A stretch of DNA of 63,504 nt from Perkinsus olseni (Eukaryota). Where the stretch lies: NCBI GenBank assembly GCA_013115125.1, contig JABANN010000136.1, positions 1 to 63,504 of the forward strand, given 5' to 3'. Shown one piece after another: positions 13,307-25,266 of this stretch. Position 1 is the stretch's first letter, and the number at the start of each line of letters is the position of its first letter. The notes beneath the pieces are model-generated. The model saw only the letters and a list, made by a program, of their open reading frames with translations. It was not told the DNA's origin and did no database searches. Made by a program: the position numbers and the translations under genes.

Positions 13307-13768
13307 ATGAGTCCGGCCCACTTCCCTGACGACAACGAGTATTCGGACAAGTACACGGATGACACCTACGAATATCGTCACGTGATACTCAGCAAGCCCA
13401 CTTACAGGGTAAGGCACATTAGCCTCCTGCTTGCCTTTCGAGGTTGCCTGCGTGCAGATGCTACAACGGTCGGTCCGCGGGTATTCTGCATCGACTCTGC
13501 TAGACGAGAACCAGTGGAGATCAGTGGGTGTCACTCAGTCCCGAGGTTGGGTCCACTACGCTACACATAAACCGGAGCCGAATATCCTTCTATTTCGTCG
13601 GCCCTTGGGAACGAATCCACTGTAGGTCAGTGATAGCACGTCCTCAGTTTGGACGCTACCGCGTGTGTAACCCCTGTTTCCACATCTGCTCGCGCTCGAG
13701 AGGTGGCTATGGCTTTCAGGACGGGGAAAGTTGAGGTTGCACCGCCTAGCTTGAGACAGAGCTGCTGA
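13307..13768 (+). CDS. CKS1: Cyclin-dependent kinase regulatory subunit (CKS/Suc1), 3 exons
   Basis: YSDKYTDDTYEYRHVIL, LLDENQWRSVGVTQSRGWVHYATHKPEPNILLFRRP; last exon TGKVEVAPPSLRQSC*. Confidence 0.96.
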
Positions 13769-14142
13769 GATGACAGCTTGCTGAACCAACGAAAGTCTAC
13801 CCTCTAGAAGGAATGTTCGTGCGGCGTGGTGAAGTCGCGGGATGATGTCTCACCGCATAGAGTGGGATGAATTAAGTACTAACGTGATGATGGTTTCTCG
13901 TGCGGGATCAAGCTGCTTAGCGTTGGAGTGCTCATAGGGTCCTCTGTGTTGCATATGCATTTCTATTCGTATCGGGAGGGCGTGCGCGACAAGGGGACCA
14001 CCAAGGTGTGTTGGCTTGTTAGCTTGCTCACACATAAGCAAACAGGTCCTGTGGGTTATACGTATTTGTCGATGGGGTATGCGACATACGTCCCAGAAGT
14101 GGCTGAAGGTAGGTGGGATGGACAACATTGGAGGAGGAGAAA

Positions 14143-14214
14143 AGTCGCTACCCTGATTTGAACCGGGGTTGTCACGGCCACAACGTGACGTCCTAACCAC
14201 TAGACGATAGCGAC
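14143..14214 (-). tRNA. tRNA-His (GTG)
   Basis: GTCGCTATCGTCTAGTGGTTAGGACGTCACGTTGTGGCCGTGACAACCCCGGTTCAAATCAGGGTAGCGAC folds as a cloverleaf with a 7-bp acceptor stem and GTG anticodon, followed by TTTT. Confidence 0.93.
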
Positions 14215-14489
14215 TTGATGTAGCACGTCGAATATAGTGCTCGTGCGTGCAAATCGTTTATATTCTCACTGTTAGACCGTATCTAGCGCCGCATCGAGCA
14301 GATTCGGAAATTTCCGCAGTAAACAAGGCAAGTGGATCTCTCGAGTAGAATGAGTTGATGCGGAAGTGACTTGGTTTGTGAACCCGATGTGACTCTACGA
14401 TTCCGCTCTTCACGTGAGTGTAGTATGATTGCTTTGGCATATGGATAGTCTCGCACTAGTGAGGCTGGGTACAGCAACTCTCACCCCTA

Positions 14490-17400
14490 ATGGTCTATGA
14501 ACTGTTCATAATGAACAGGAGGGGAACAATTTCACCGGTGAAGGGCCTGCGTTTCACTGCTACAATGAAGGCCACGAGCTTCCAGCAGTTTCATGCATTT
14601 CCATGACACACCGTGGCCGGCTGTAGAGCATCCTTCTTACATGCCAGTATCATCCTCATCAGTGGGGCACGGGTTTGGGAGAGTACGGGTCGACCCTACG
14701 GAGACAGGCTATCTTGCGCAGGAGGCCCTAGCTAAACTGAGGACAGCTGCTGTGAGTTAGTGAGCTAGCGCATCGTGTGGGCGTGGTGAATCATCGCACC
14801 TCAGCTTGAGCTCAGCAGCTCCTCAGTGATTAGATTCTGATAAAGCAAGCAGGGATGCAAGCGATGGCTATGAACCAGCAGATTGCCACTGCGGTGAAGC
14901 AGGGGGAGTTGGCTGCCCACGCTGCGAGAGGCCAGGTCTCGTGATGTCAGACATTCAACGTCGAATGATCGTGTGCGTAGGTAGCAGAGCATATAGGAGC
15001 GGTGGGCCCTGGCCAGGCCGGAGGGAGCGCTGAGGGGCTGGCCAGGTATTTTGCGCGTTCTATTCTAACGTTGTTCACTCCCATGGGAAGCCCGGCTTTG
15101 TGAAGCGAGGCGCGCATTGTCTCTCACTGATGGTTCGTGGTTTTTTGCCACCACATCGAACTATGACTTGTTGTCAATGGCCTCTCACTGGAACCTGAGA
15201 GGATACTTAAGAAACAGATGTATCCTCGCTCCGCGATCGCTGTTGTGCTCTTTCTCTTTCCTTCTGTAGTGCGCTACCAGCAGAGCAAGTCCGAGATTTC
15301 TTGAGAGCCCACCAGACGCTGCCGTTCGACTGGTCTCTCCCTCCCCCTTCTACTCCCCATTCCCAGGCTGTTGGTGTGATGCACGTGAGGTCGGACTATG
15401 CCCCTCTAAGTGCCTCTCGGCATCTGGCCTGGCATGGACACGCACGCCATCACCATGGGCTTGACCGATCACATGACCTGCGATGATGCGCTCCCTGTTG
15501 TCTTGTGTTCGAGTCACAAGCTGGGGAGGCTAGCCGGCTTGCTCGCTCGGTTGAGGTTAGCACGGACGTCGTTCAACGAAGCTGAGCTTAGCGTTTTCCA
15601 CTGGTGGATGTTACCTAGGAGTCTTCTAGCAGCCCTCCTCGCTGTGGCTGCTGCTGCTGCTGCTGCATCGGACGACCGAACGGTGGTGGACTTGAGTCAC
15701 GACCCATGGATAGTAACACCCATGCTGGCGGGTGGGCAGTACGGTCTGCCAGAGGAAGCCGTTGATGTACAGGATTCACCGGGGGATCTTGAACTGGTAC
15801 TAGCGAAGCATGCGGATGGAAACAAAAATCTTTAGTGTGCGTTGGAACCCGTCTTTTCTCTGTCGACCTCGGCCAGACCAACGCTGCTTCTAGGGGGGAG
15901 GAGCATTCGCCGCGGGAGGTCGGTCATTGGCCACCGCTGAGGTTTCTAGTGTAAAAATAATCCGAACTGTCGAATGGCTAGCCCGTGCTGTAGCCTTTTC
16001 TTCTCTGTCAGACTCTGCGGAAACTGGAAAGAGAAGTGGACGCAACCGCGCTAAGGGAGGATGTACTAGCTTCTACCGCTCGTATCGCAGGCCTGGGGAT
16101 TCACAGTTTCACCAATGTACAGTCCGTAGCGGAAAAAAGCATAGTGGCCTCAGTTTTACATGTGGCATAGTGGCCTCATGATTGCATGGGGCTTATTTTC
16201 GTTACAGACTCTATGTCGAGGATGCGGGATCGTATCTCAACTGAACCTCTCACGTTCGTACGGATGGCGAAGATTGTTATTACTTCTTATTGTACAGTCA
16301 ACGTGGTCGTATTACTGAGCACCCCTCAGGAAACCTTCGACCGAGATGAATATGCTCAAGCGGAGCCCGACCTCTGCGGTCGAGCATTCGAGCATCTCTT
16401 TAAGAGGAGCCCTGCGTGGGAGACCGCACGGGAGCGAGTAAACAGCGTTGTCAATGAAATCTTCTCCGCACTGGATCAGGGAGGAGGTAGTATGATAGGG
16501 ACGACGTTATCTCCTCATTGCCATCTTGACCGTCGGATTCGGGCAGTGGGACGACTGTGGGAGTATGACTACTCGCTCCGGTCCGGTATGCCTTACTCAA
16601 CCCTAGTTCGTTTTGCTCCTTGGTCGCTGATGGTCGATGGCGAGGTTGAACGGTTCCTGTTGGCAGGGAAGGTAGGGCCGTGCTACTCCATTCTCGGCCT
16701 TCTACTCTCGAGTGCGAGCGTCGACGGGCGGACGGGGGAAGCACTGGTGTCCGATGAGCAGTTGCAGCGGATACTACTTCTAGTACAGGTGATAGTAGAC
16801 CCGCCGTTGGTAGAGGGGTACCTGGTGTTGACGTCAGGACCTTGGAGGGGACGTAGAGCGCCGGAGACTGCCACCGTCGGTCAGGCTCTACCGGAAGGGA
16901 GCGGATATGGGATGTAGTATGGGAGAGGAAAGGGAGGAGGGATTTCGGATACGGCGCGGTAGTAGCGCTAGAATCTGCTTTTCTACTGCAGCGCTGCTGC
17001 AAAGAAACATAGAGAGTAGGAATGCTAGTAGTAGAGAGACCTAATCCTACTTAGAGTAGAGAGTACTAATCCCGCCTTAGGCGGGCTTCGGTTCGCATCG
17101 AACTCTAGTTGATAGGATACGTGTTCAGCATTTCTGTACAGCTGGGGTTCATCGTCCTTCCGCGTAGGTTCCCTCGGTTCCTTAGCGTTGGTGTCCTCGA
17201 CCAGACTGGGGTATCCGGCAGCAGGCTCATCAGTAGTTTCTCTAGCAACTCAACAGCCCCCGGCCGTTGTAGCTGTCCTTAATGGCGAGTCCGAGGGGTC
17301 GGAAGGTGGTGGTGAGGAGTGTATGGAGATGGCGGCCCTGGTAGCAGTCATTCATTGCCATTGTGGCTGCGTATCATCGCATTGGGCCGGCCGAATCGTG

Positions 17401-20400
17401 AGAGAATCCGACGCGAACATCTCTAGCGGTCCTCTTGCTGCTTTCGCTACCCAACCCTGTCTTATGCTCTTTAGGTAGTCCCAATCCTCGAAGCAGTCGT
17501 TGGGAACATCGGTTGGGATCGGCTCAGAGTTCTCAATGATGCCGATTCCCGCTCCGTGTATCTTGAACCTGGGAAGCCGGCTCCGGATGATGACGTGTCC
17601 ATGTTCTATTCATGGGTGGAAGTAATGAGGGAGTGCTAGGAGAAACTCATGATGCACTATTCTGGCGTTGTGGCGGCGGATGTTCGACTGTTGGTCGCGC
17701 GTAGAAGCATTCTATGATCTTTCTCATGAACTAGAAGAAAAAGTTCGGCCGTTGAGTCTCTCGTCTGAGATAGCGCAGGTTCTGATGGTCTGTCTTGCTT
17801 CCGCCAAGTGCTCGCTTAGCGTGGTTCATGGATTCTGTCTCAGTTGTTGCCCCATAGCCAGTGGTCTAACTTGCAGAATTACCTAAGTAAGGGTGCGATT
17901 GTCGTACATAGTGGGTATTTGACGTTTTGCTCAGCCCAGGAGCAGATAGATGAGCTCACGGCCTTCCTGTCGGACGAGGAGGGCGTGGCAGCAGGAGTTG
18001 CGAAAGGGCAGGTAGGCGATGGTGTGTGGTCTCTCCTCGGAAACCTGAGAGCGGTTCTTTGGGGCTTTTGTGAACGTACTGCATGGTTGCTCGACGGGCT
18101 TTGCTCCAATAGCGGTCCAGCGCTTGAACTCGAAGGGTAGAAGTAGTTGGGGATGTTGGCAGAACGCACGTACTGAACCTCAGCAAGAAACATAAATAAT
18201 ATCCGCCGTCCTCTTCAGTCTGCACTCGATAACATGAAGGAAGGTCCCGCCGAGGTCCACGCCTCCATCCAGGAGTTGCGCTACAACATAGTTGCCGAGA
18301 AGCTCCGGCCAGCTCTGGAAGCCGTAGGGGGTCATAACGAGTCGGCCATGGCCTGTGAAGATGCTCTGGATCGGATACTAGCGGTGGTCATGAGATATCA
18401 TCGGAGTTTGCGGATCCTGGACGGGATGGTAAGGCGGTGTGGCTGGGTTCGGAGGGTCGTTTGCGATGACTCCGCTGTTCATCGACCACTCCGACCTGAG
18501 CAGCCGACAATTGAACAGGAGGTTTTGTTGGCATCGTATCCCTCGGATGAGTGTTACTAGTCGACGAAATTCGCCTTTCTTATGAAGAATTCCGCATTAT
18601 CGCCATACCTACTTGTCAGTCCCACACGCATCCATCGGAAGACATCAAGTTGTTGGCAGCCATGTTCGCTTCCGAGATGGGCACTAAGTCGGGTCACGTT
18701 AATGCGGCCCAGCTGATCACGGAGAGGCAGAAGAATGGTCTGCCGTTGGCGCCGCTCCGTCGGAGGGTAGGCGCCCGTCTATTAGTATAATACTTAGCAC
18801 TAATGTCTACTCAATCGTTGCGTAGATCATTACTGTATGGATTGTTGGAAGGGCATGAAAGATACGAAAGAGATGGTATAGTGGTAGAAATGACTGCTGC
18901 AAATACACAAAGAAATTGCGCATTACTGCTATTACTGTCAATGAGCAGTGCTGGAAATGATATGGCCATTGATGGATGTTTGCAGGGCTGAGGATGGTTA
19001 GTACTTGATAGGGATGGTGTTAGTTTATGTAGGGGACTTTCACTCAGAGGATTGATATGGGTGTGGATGAGCTCCTAGACTCGCGCTAAGTGAGTGCTGT
19101 AAACATCTCGTTCGCATGCCACATGTGCAAGGCGACGGATAGGTTGCTGTTCTGAGGGCGATCCGTGGTTGATAGTAAGTGTGGTCTTTACTGTCAGGGG
19201 AAATCATGGCCTCTGGAATTGAGGTTGTTTTCCCGCGTTCCCTTGCCCCTTGAACTCATCGCGTAGATTCTGTCATCGATACCCGAGCGAGGTCAGTATT
19301 GCCCCCATAGAGGAGACGCCGCTGAGGGCGATGGGGGATACTTGAAGAACTCGAAAGTTGCTGGATGGGAAGCCGAGTGTGTTCAGGGGTGCCGAGCTAA
19401 CCCCTCATGTAAGGGCTACTGGCTGCTCTTGGATTTACTGTGACGATATGTTTCATCTTTGGACGTCTCCTAGGTGAGTATGCGGTCTACTACCCGGACT
19501 CTGGATACTGCAAGTGGAGCGAAGATTGTTCGCGGTTGTTGCGAACTAAGCAGCATGACACTCGTCTATGGAGGAGGGTTGAACAGGGAATGGCCGCTCA
19601 GCAGGAGTCCCTTCGTCCAGAGAACTTCCGGATGAGGGCGGCAGTTGGGGCGCATGACGCGTACAGCGTCAGGGTCTTGGGTGAGTCATCTAGTCGAGAA
19701 CAGTATTGGTGATGCAAGTGAGAGTCGGGACTTTAAAAGGGAGGCGATGGGGCTCTTAATGGATCGAGATGGAGCGTACGGGGACTTGATACTAAATCGA
19801 TCACTCTAGGGAGGTTAAGAGAGCGGCTCGTCTAGAGTTTAGTCTGATAACTGGGCCACTGCATGTGTGCTAAATGAGATGGTTCATGCGAAGATATTCG
19901 TAAGGATACGCATGATAATCTCTAGCGTGCGCTCACAGGAGGCAGCATCCTTTGGAATGATGGCGATTGCAACGATTGGAGTACTCTGCACTCAACCAGT
20001 TGGCTCATGTAGACTACGGTTGCTAGTCTTTATGGGAACTGACGCTGTGCGATGGTATCGAGATTATGCCTGTGCCCATTTCCCCTCAGTCGCGGAGTAT
20101 CGGGCAAGTGGCTCGTCGGAAGGCACTGCGCTTGCGTACCAGTGGGCGTCGTTTGGAGCGGATACTCTCGGCGATTATCAGTGCATGTATGAACGGGCTA
20201 TGATGGATGCTGTCGATAGGAAGGACTACGCTCTGGCTGTAAGCATTGGCTCCCTTATTCTCTGCTCATTTTCTGCGCTTCCCAGGTCGGGCGGTTGCTC
20301 AACCTGTCCAGATTGCCGGCGGTGGTTTTCCCATGGGAAGTGAATCCATTGGATCAGTTCGCTGACCCTGAGGTGCGGGAGTATCACTGGAGCGTCCAAG

Positions 20401-20554
20401 TCGAGTTCACCAGTGTTCCTGTTAGCTCGAGACGAAGGTGATGGATATGTTGATTGAGAACAATCCCTGGGCGGCGGCTGCAGCTGACTTGGGAGGGGTC
20501 TCGGACGAGGAGGAGCTTCAGGAGATGGGAAGGCCGGGTGACCTCTCTGGATGA
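14490..20554 (+). CDS. Large multi-exon hypothetical protein, possibly a Nup160/Nup120-like nucleoporin
   Basis: Long series of GT-AG bounded, helical-looking exons (e.g. ETFDRDEYAQAEPDLCGRAFEHLF, EQIDELTAFLSDEEG, EYRA..QCMYERAMMDAVDRKDYALA). The C-terminal YR-x-MYE-A pattern only loosely recalls Nup160. The start is approximate. Confidence 0.5.
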
Positions 20555-20940
20555 GGTTGGAGGTGGATTGTCCTTCTGTGCGTGAGTTTCAAATCCACCG
20601 AGATAAACCGGCGCAGTCAGACTAGCACGGTGCTAGTAGCACCGATGCATCTTGTTTCAAGAGTTCGGGTTTAGGCCAGTTTATTGAGCACAGAAATCAG
20701 CGCTCAGACAAGGGGTAGGCCCTCTACCCCCTGTCTGACCTCTAAGAGATTTTCACGGTATTGCGATACACATTCAAAAACACCAAAAAACCCAAGGTAA
20801 ATTGATACGAAGGTAAACCTCAAAGATTTTCTTCCCTACCGGCACTGCCGGGCCGGCTGGATCCGCGTCCACAACTGGGAATGATTGGTGTTTGTCTAGG
20901 TACAGCGGCCGCGGCTCCACCTCCCCATGTGACGGCATCT

Positions 20941-21329
20941 ATGTTGGGTATTGTGGCTGCTTTTGTAGCGTACGCTGCAGACTGCTGTCGATGCGGCCTC
21001 CGGGCGTTGAGGGACGTTCGACAACACACACTCCTGAGCGCATTCCAGGTCGAGTGTCCATTCATCAGAGTGAGTTGGTGAAGGGCTTCTATTGGTGAGG
21101 ATGGATGGCACTCGTCAGGCTCCTGAAGGCTGGCCCTCCCCCGTGATGGTGCAGCTTGCAGTGATTGTGCTTGTCTTTGTTCCTGTCTTACTCTCGTTCA
21201 CGGTGAGATGGGACAGGTTGTAGGAAGCAGTATGTGATGGCGCTTGTGCAGATACTATCGCGGAAGCTGCTACGAAGAATGGTGATTCAGGGAGTTCCGG
21301 AGGCCCCTGACCACCAGCATCAAGAGTGA
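20941..21329 (+). CDS. ~66-aa single-pass membrane microprotein (4 exons)
   Basis: Phase-consistent splicing gives MLDCCRCGLRALRDVRQHTLLSAFQLAVIVLVFVPVLLSFTILSRKLLRRMVIQGVPEAPDHQHQE*. Confidence 0.65.
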
Positions 21330-22171
21330 CCGAGACTTTTGTACCAGAATAATCGAGTCTTTTGCTGTTTCAACTGCTGTCGCATTGGAGAACTTGTGTT
21401 GTGTGTCACATCCTATTCGGCGTCTGCTGATAACAGAGCCTCTCATGAGTCAATGAAAGTCGACTGTTTGCTACTGTATGATAGCGGCCGCGAGAGTGAT
21501 GGAGGATAACGATCCATAAAAGAAATGAGGTCGGCAGTTCGATAGATGGGCGTTTCGCCCAATATTGGACCATACCGGTTTGCCGGGCCAATCCGTGTGA
21601 TATAACAGTAGTGATCATAGGCTGGCTCTGTTAGAATCTCACGGTCAGCGCAGGTTGTTGTTGGCTTCATCGAAGCTAGGCGTAGCATCGTTCTCCGTGA
21701 ACCGATCACAACCTCGAACATCCCAAATTCCTTTTGAGCTGTCAGGCGTCCACCCAGGGTAGCCGGAGCTTGTCGACATCGCTACCCTTGCTGTTGCATA
21801 CGCGCCCAATAGTAGGCACGAGACACAGACTTTGAACGACAGTGTCCGCTTGCAAGCCGCTTCGTCATATCCAAGCGAACTTAAACCAACTTGCCGAAGG
21901 CGCACCATGTGAGGGCAACTTTCTCCAAGATTCTCGGAGGTGTCTCATTGGAAGGATGACTCGGGAGATCTTTCGGTTTCTGGTGGGAAACTGACACTAC
22001 GAAACGGTTCTCCTTTTGCTCGCCTGTTACGGTTTCATCTTCAGCGCCAGATTTCGTGATGATAGGATCTCGTTCATGTTTCTCAAGATTCGAGAATGTT
22101 GTCCCGCAACCGATTCAATTTCGATTCTACGAGGTCTCATCTTCAGCTTGTTCGTCTTGTTAGCCACGTCC

Positions 22172-23209
22172 ATGGCGAGGTTCTCTCGAGTTGCCGTCTT
22201 GATGGTGAGCTTCATCGTTCTGCACCGTGTGCAGGCAGCGAAGTTGAAGAGGCCTGATGAAGAGAAGGATAGATGTGAGTTGTAGTTTTGTTTTCGTGTT
22301 TTCATGGGTTCGCTTTGTCTAGGGGTTCCTAAAGCGAATGCGGCGGCGAAAGATGTCGACTACAGTTTGTTCGCTAATGGCCGAGGGAAGGTGAAGGTCA
22401 AAGATGGGAAGTCGGACTGTGACGGCAAGTGGAAGGATGCGGAGACGTATGGTGCCCGGAAGAAGACTATAAAGCAGTGAGTTTGCGAAGCGTCGCAGTG
22501 CGATCTGATCTGTTGTCTCAGGTTCTGCATCAGACTGCATGAGAAGCATCAAGACGACAAGGGTTATACGGATGCCCCCAAGAGATATGGTGGTTCTCGA
22601 CTATCAGAGATCGATCAGAACTGTGCCTTTCTCAGACTGCCGACTGGATCCTAACGACAAGGGAAATGATCACGGCAGGAAGAATAGAGACTGGCTGTAA
22701 GGGGTATCTTCCCGATCTTCAACTATCAACTCTTCGGAAGGTGCTACGAGAAGAACCCGAAGTACGTCCTGCTTCCTCCTCATGGGCCGGAGCTCAACTC
22801 GACTTGCCCTACATCATGGAATGCTTACGAGCATCGTGCGATCTCGTGTAGTCTAATGCTCTCTCGGCTTCACACTGTAATTGCACACCCATGTAGGGTA
22901 CCCGAAGGACAGTCCGCCGAGCTGGTGTCACTACAACTGGTATGAGAATCTTCAAGTCTGCTGGTGTATGCCGGGCTTCTATCGCGACTCTCCCTACGAT
23001 ACGACACTCAATAAGAGGTGAGCCTACCTAACTACGAAATCTGCTTGGTTATTCTGGTCGTCCTCAGAGCTTGTCCGGATGGAGAGGAGATCTTCATCGC
23101 CCCTCGCTTCGTGAACCGCGACACTGTCCGTCAACTTCAAGCAGCTGATCCCAATACTGGATTCACCGATGCTGGAGAAGAGTGTTCGTGTTCGGCTGAG
23201 TTCCCCTAA
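22172..23209 (+). CDS. Secreted cysteine-rich hypothetical protein (multi-exon)
   Basis: Signal-peptide-like MARFSRVAVLMVSFIVLHRVQA; exons FCIRLHEKHQDDKGYTDAPRDM, SWCHYNWYENLQVCWCMPGFYRDSPYD, ACPDGEEIF...EECSCSAEFP*. Confidence 0.7.
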
Positions 23210-24204
23210 TTTGCACTATACGTCAGTCGCTTTTATCGACTAAGTTTGCAAAAGATACGGTTGGGAGTGCCTCTTTAAGTTCATCTGTATCAACCAGTTC
23301 GCGGTATATTGCCGCACATGGCAATCTGTATCGCTCGAGCTTATCGTATGAAGTGCTGCACGTCTTTTAAGTGAGAACAGTGTCATAGAAAACGGTCGAG
23401 TATTTTCGTGAGAGATGTTTTGGGTTATGTAGTCGCTGGAGATGTGATAGGAAATGGTCTTTGTGTGAATGATGCTGTGACCCACTTGAGTAGTGATGAT
23501 AAGGCTAACGCTTGTACACCAAGTATTCTCCAAGTAACATTGTCGTCCGGATTTTGCCGTGGTCGACTCCACCTCTTGTTCCGGTGAGCGCGTGTGAACT
23601 GGACTTTGTGTTCACATTGGATGTGTCTTCCAAAAGTGTGTGGGTGGTTGATGTTACACGCTGCACTGCTCAAGTCTCATCAGCTGCATTTACGAGTATT
23701 TCTTCCGGTCTTGGAAGCACCCTTGGGTGTTGGCTGTATAATATGGCTACGCGTGACACATCTCATCGTCAGCAGTCCTTCTCTGACTTTCATCTTCCCT
23801 GCCGTGTGTATGTGTGTTTAAAGTCAAACGCCGACCGTACGATTTAGTTAGACTAGCACCGACGTATCATCTGAGGGGGATTAGTTCAGACTGCCAAACA
23901 GGCTCTGTTCATCAAATCAGGAATCTTGCTCTCAGAGCGAGGTCATCGTCAGCCGGGAAGTTCCCGGCGGGAACGTCCTCTACACCACGAAACCGTGGTC
24001 GTCCTCGACCACGAAACACTAGTACAGTCTAGTACAACCTTCCGCCGTACAGCCCTTAGTTTTCAAAGGTTCTTCCGAGGTTCCACTGGTATCAAGTTGT
24101 AATGAATCACAAATTATATGAATCGGTGAGCTTTACTCGAAGGTACAATGACACGGTTTCTGATGAGCCCGCTAGGACTTCCTCAAAACAAAACCCCGCC
24201 GTGC

Positions 24205-25019
24205 TCAAGGATTGTCGGAAAATTCACATATGCATTTTAATGGAACAAGAAATTCGTGCACACCGTCGATGGACTTGCTGATGACTGTCGCCTGACCTTG
24301 ACGTGCGTGTCGAGCTTGAAGAGAGACAACAGCTCCCACAGGCAAACTGTTCACCACGGGTAGGACCACTTCTAGGTTCCTAAAGCGGACGTGGTCACCT
24401 GCGAAACACGACCAGGTCTCAAACCTACCGGCCAGGCGATTTGTCTACCACCGTCTCCAACTGCTTGATCTCAACTGAAGCCGTGCGCCCAGAGTCGACC
24501 ATCCTCCCCGTGCAAATGGCTGATTCACACTTGTCAACGACCATCTTCTGCCGGAAGTGGCGGGACGACTTGTCCTTTACTCGGACCACTAGGCCAGGTT
24601 TCACCCAATTGACGTTGTCTGTGAGATCCACCACGACATCAGGAGCATCTCTCCTGCGTGCATCACTATCCTCGGACGCTACAGAGGTCGGCACGAAACG
24701 GCGCTTCTTCGAGCTCGCACGAGGGCTCCGGACTGTCCTGCGTTCTCGAAGCTCGCGTGCCTTCATAGTGAAGGCAGTCTCGGCAGCCGCCCGTTTCGTA
24801 CCTGAGGCGCGGCGGAGTTATGAGCTAACAGCAACGCCGTCAGAAGCGATCTTCACCTGCTATGGCTGCTGTAACATCACGATGATTGGTCGAAGAGATG
24901 CTGCGTTGGAGAAACTCCGTGTTCACGGCGATTCTGCCTTCCCGCTTCGACTCGTCGCGCCGTCGAGCCTCAGCTTCTTGAATGAGTAGTCCAGCGATCC
25001 ACCGGTCCTCTTTGTCCAT
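24205..25019 (-). CDS. Protein with C-terminal KOW/KIN17-type SH3-like domain (putative RNA-binding or splicing associated)
   Basis: MDKEDRWIAGLLIQEAEARRR..VNTEFLQRSISSTNHR splices to WVKPGLVVRVKDKSSRHFRQKMVV..QLETVV, which resembles the KIN17/GPKOW C-terminal domain. Ends LKCICEFSDNP*. Confidence 0.65.
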
Positions 25020-25266
25020 TTATACTTTTCGAAAATCCTGACCACATCACTCGGTCTCTTTTCGATGGTTGGCCCGACATCTTCCCAGACTCGCAACGCA
25101 AAACACAGATGGTAACAACAGAGCAACCCACCAAGGGGAATTTTGTTGAGTAGTGATTCACCGAGAAAGGAACTCACTGTAAAGGAGTTTGATAAAAGTT
25201 CTGCTTCATGCAGCATGATCAACAATAGGATGTACATGTACAACAACATCGATCATGGAAGACGAC

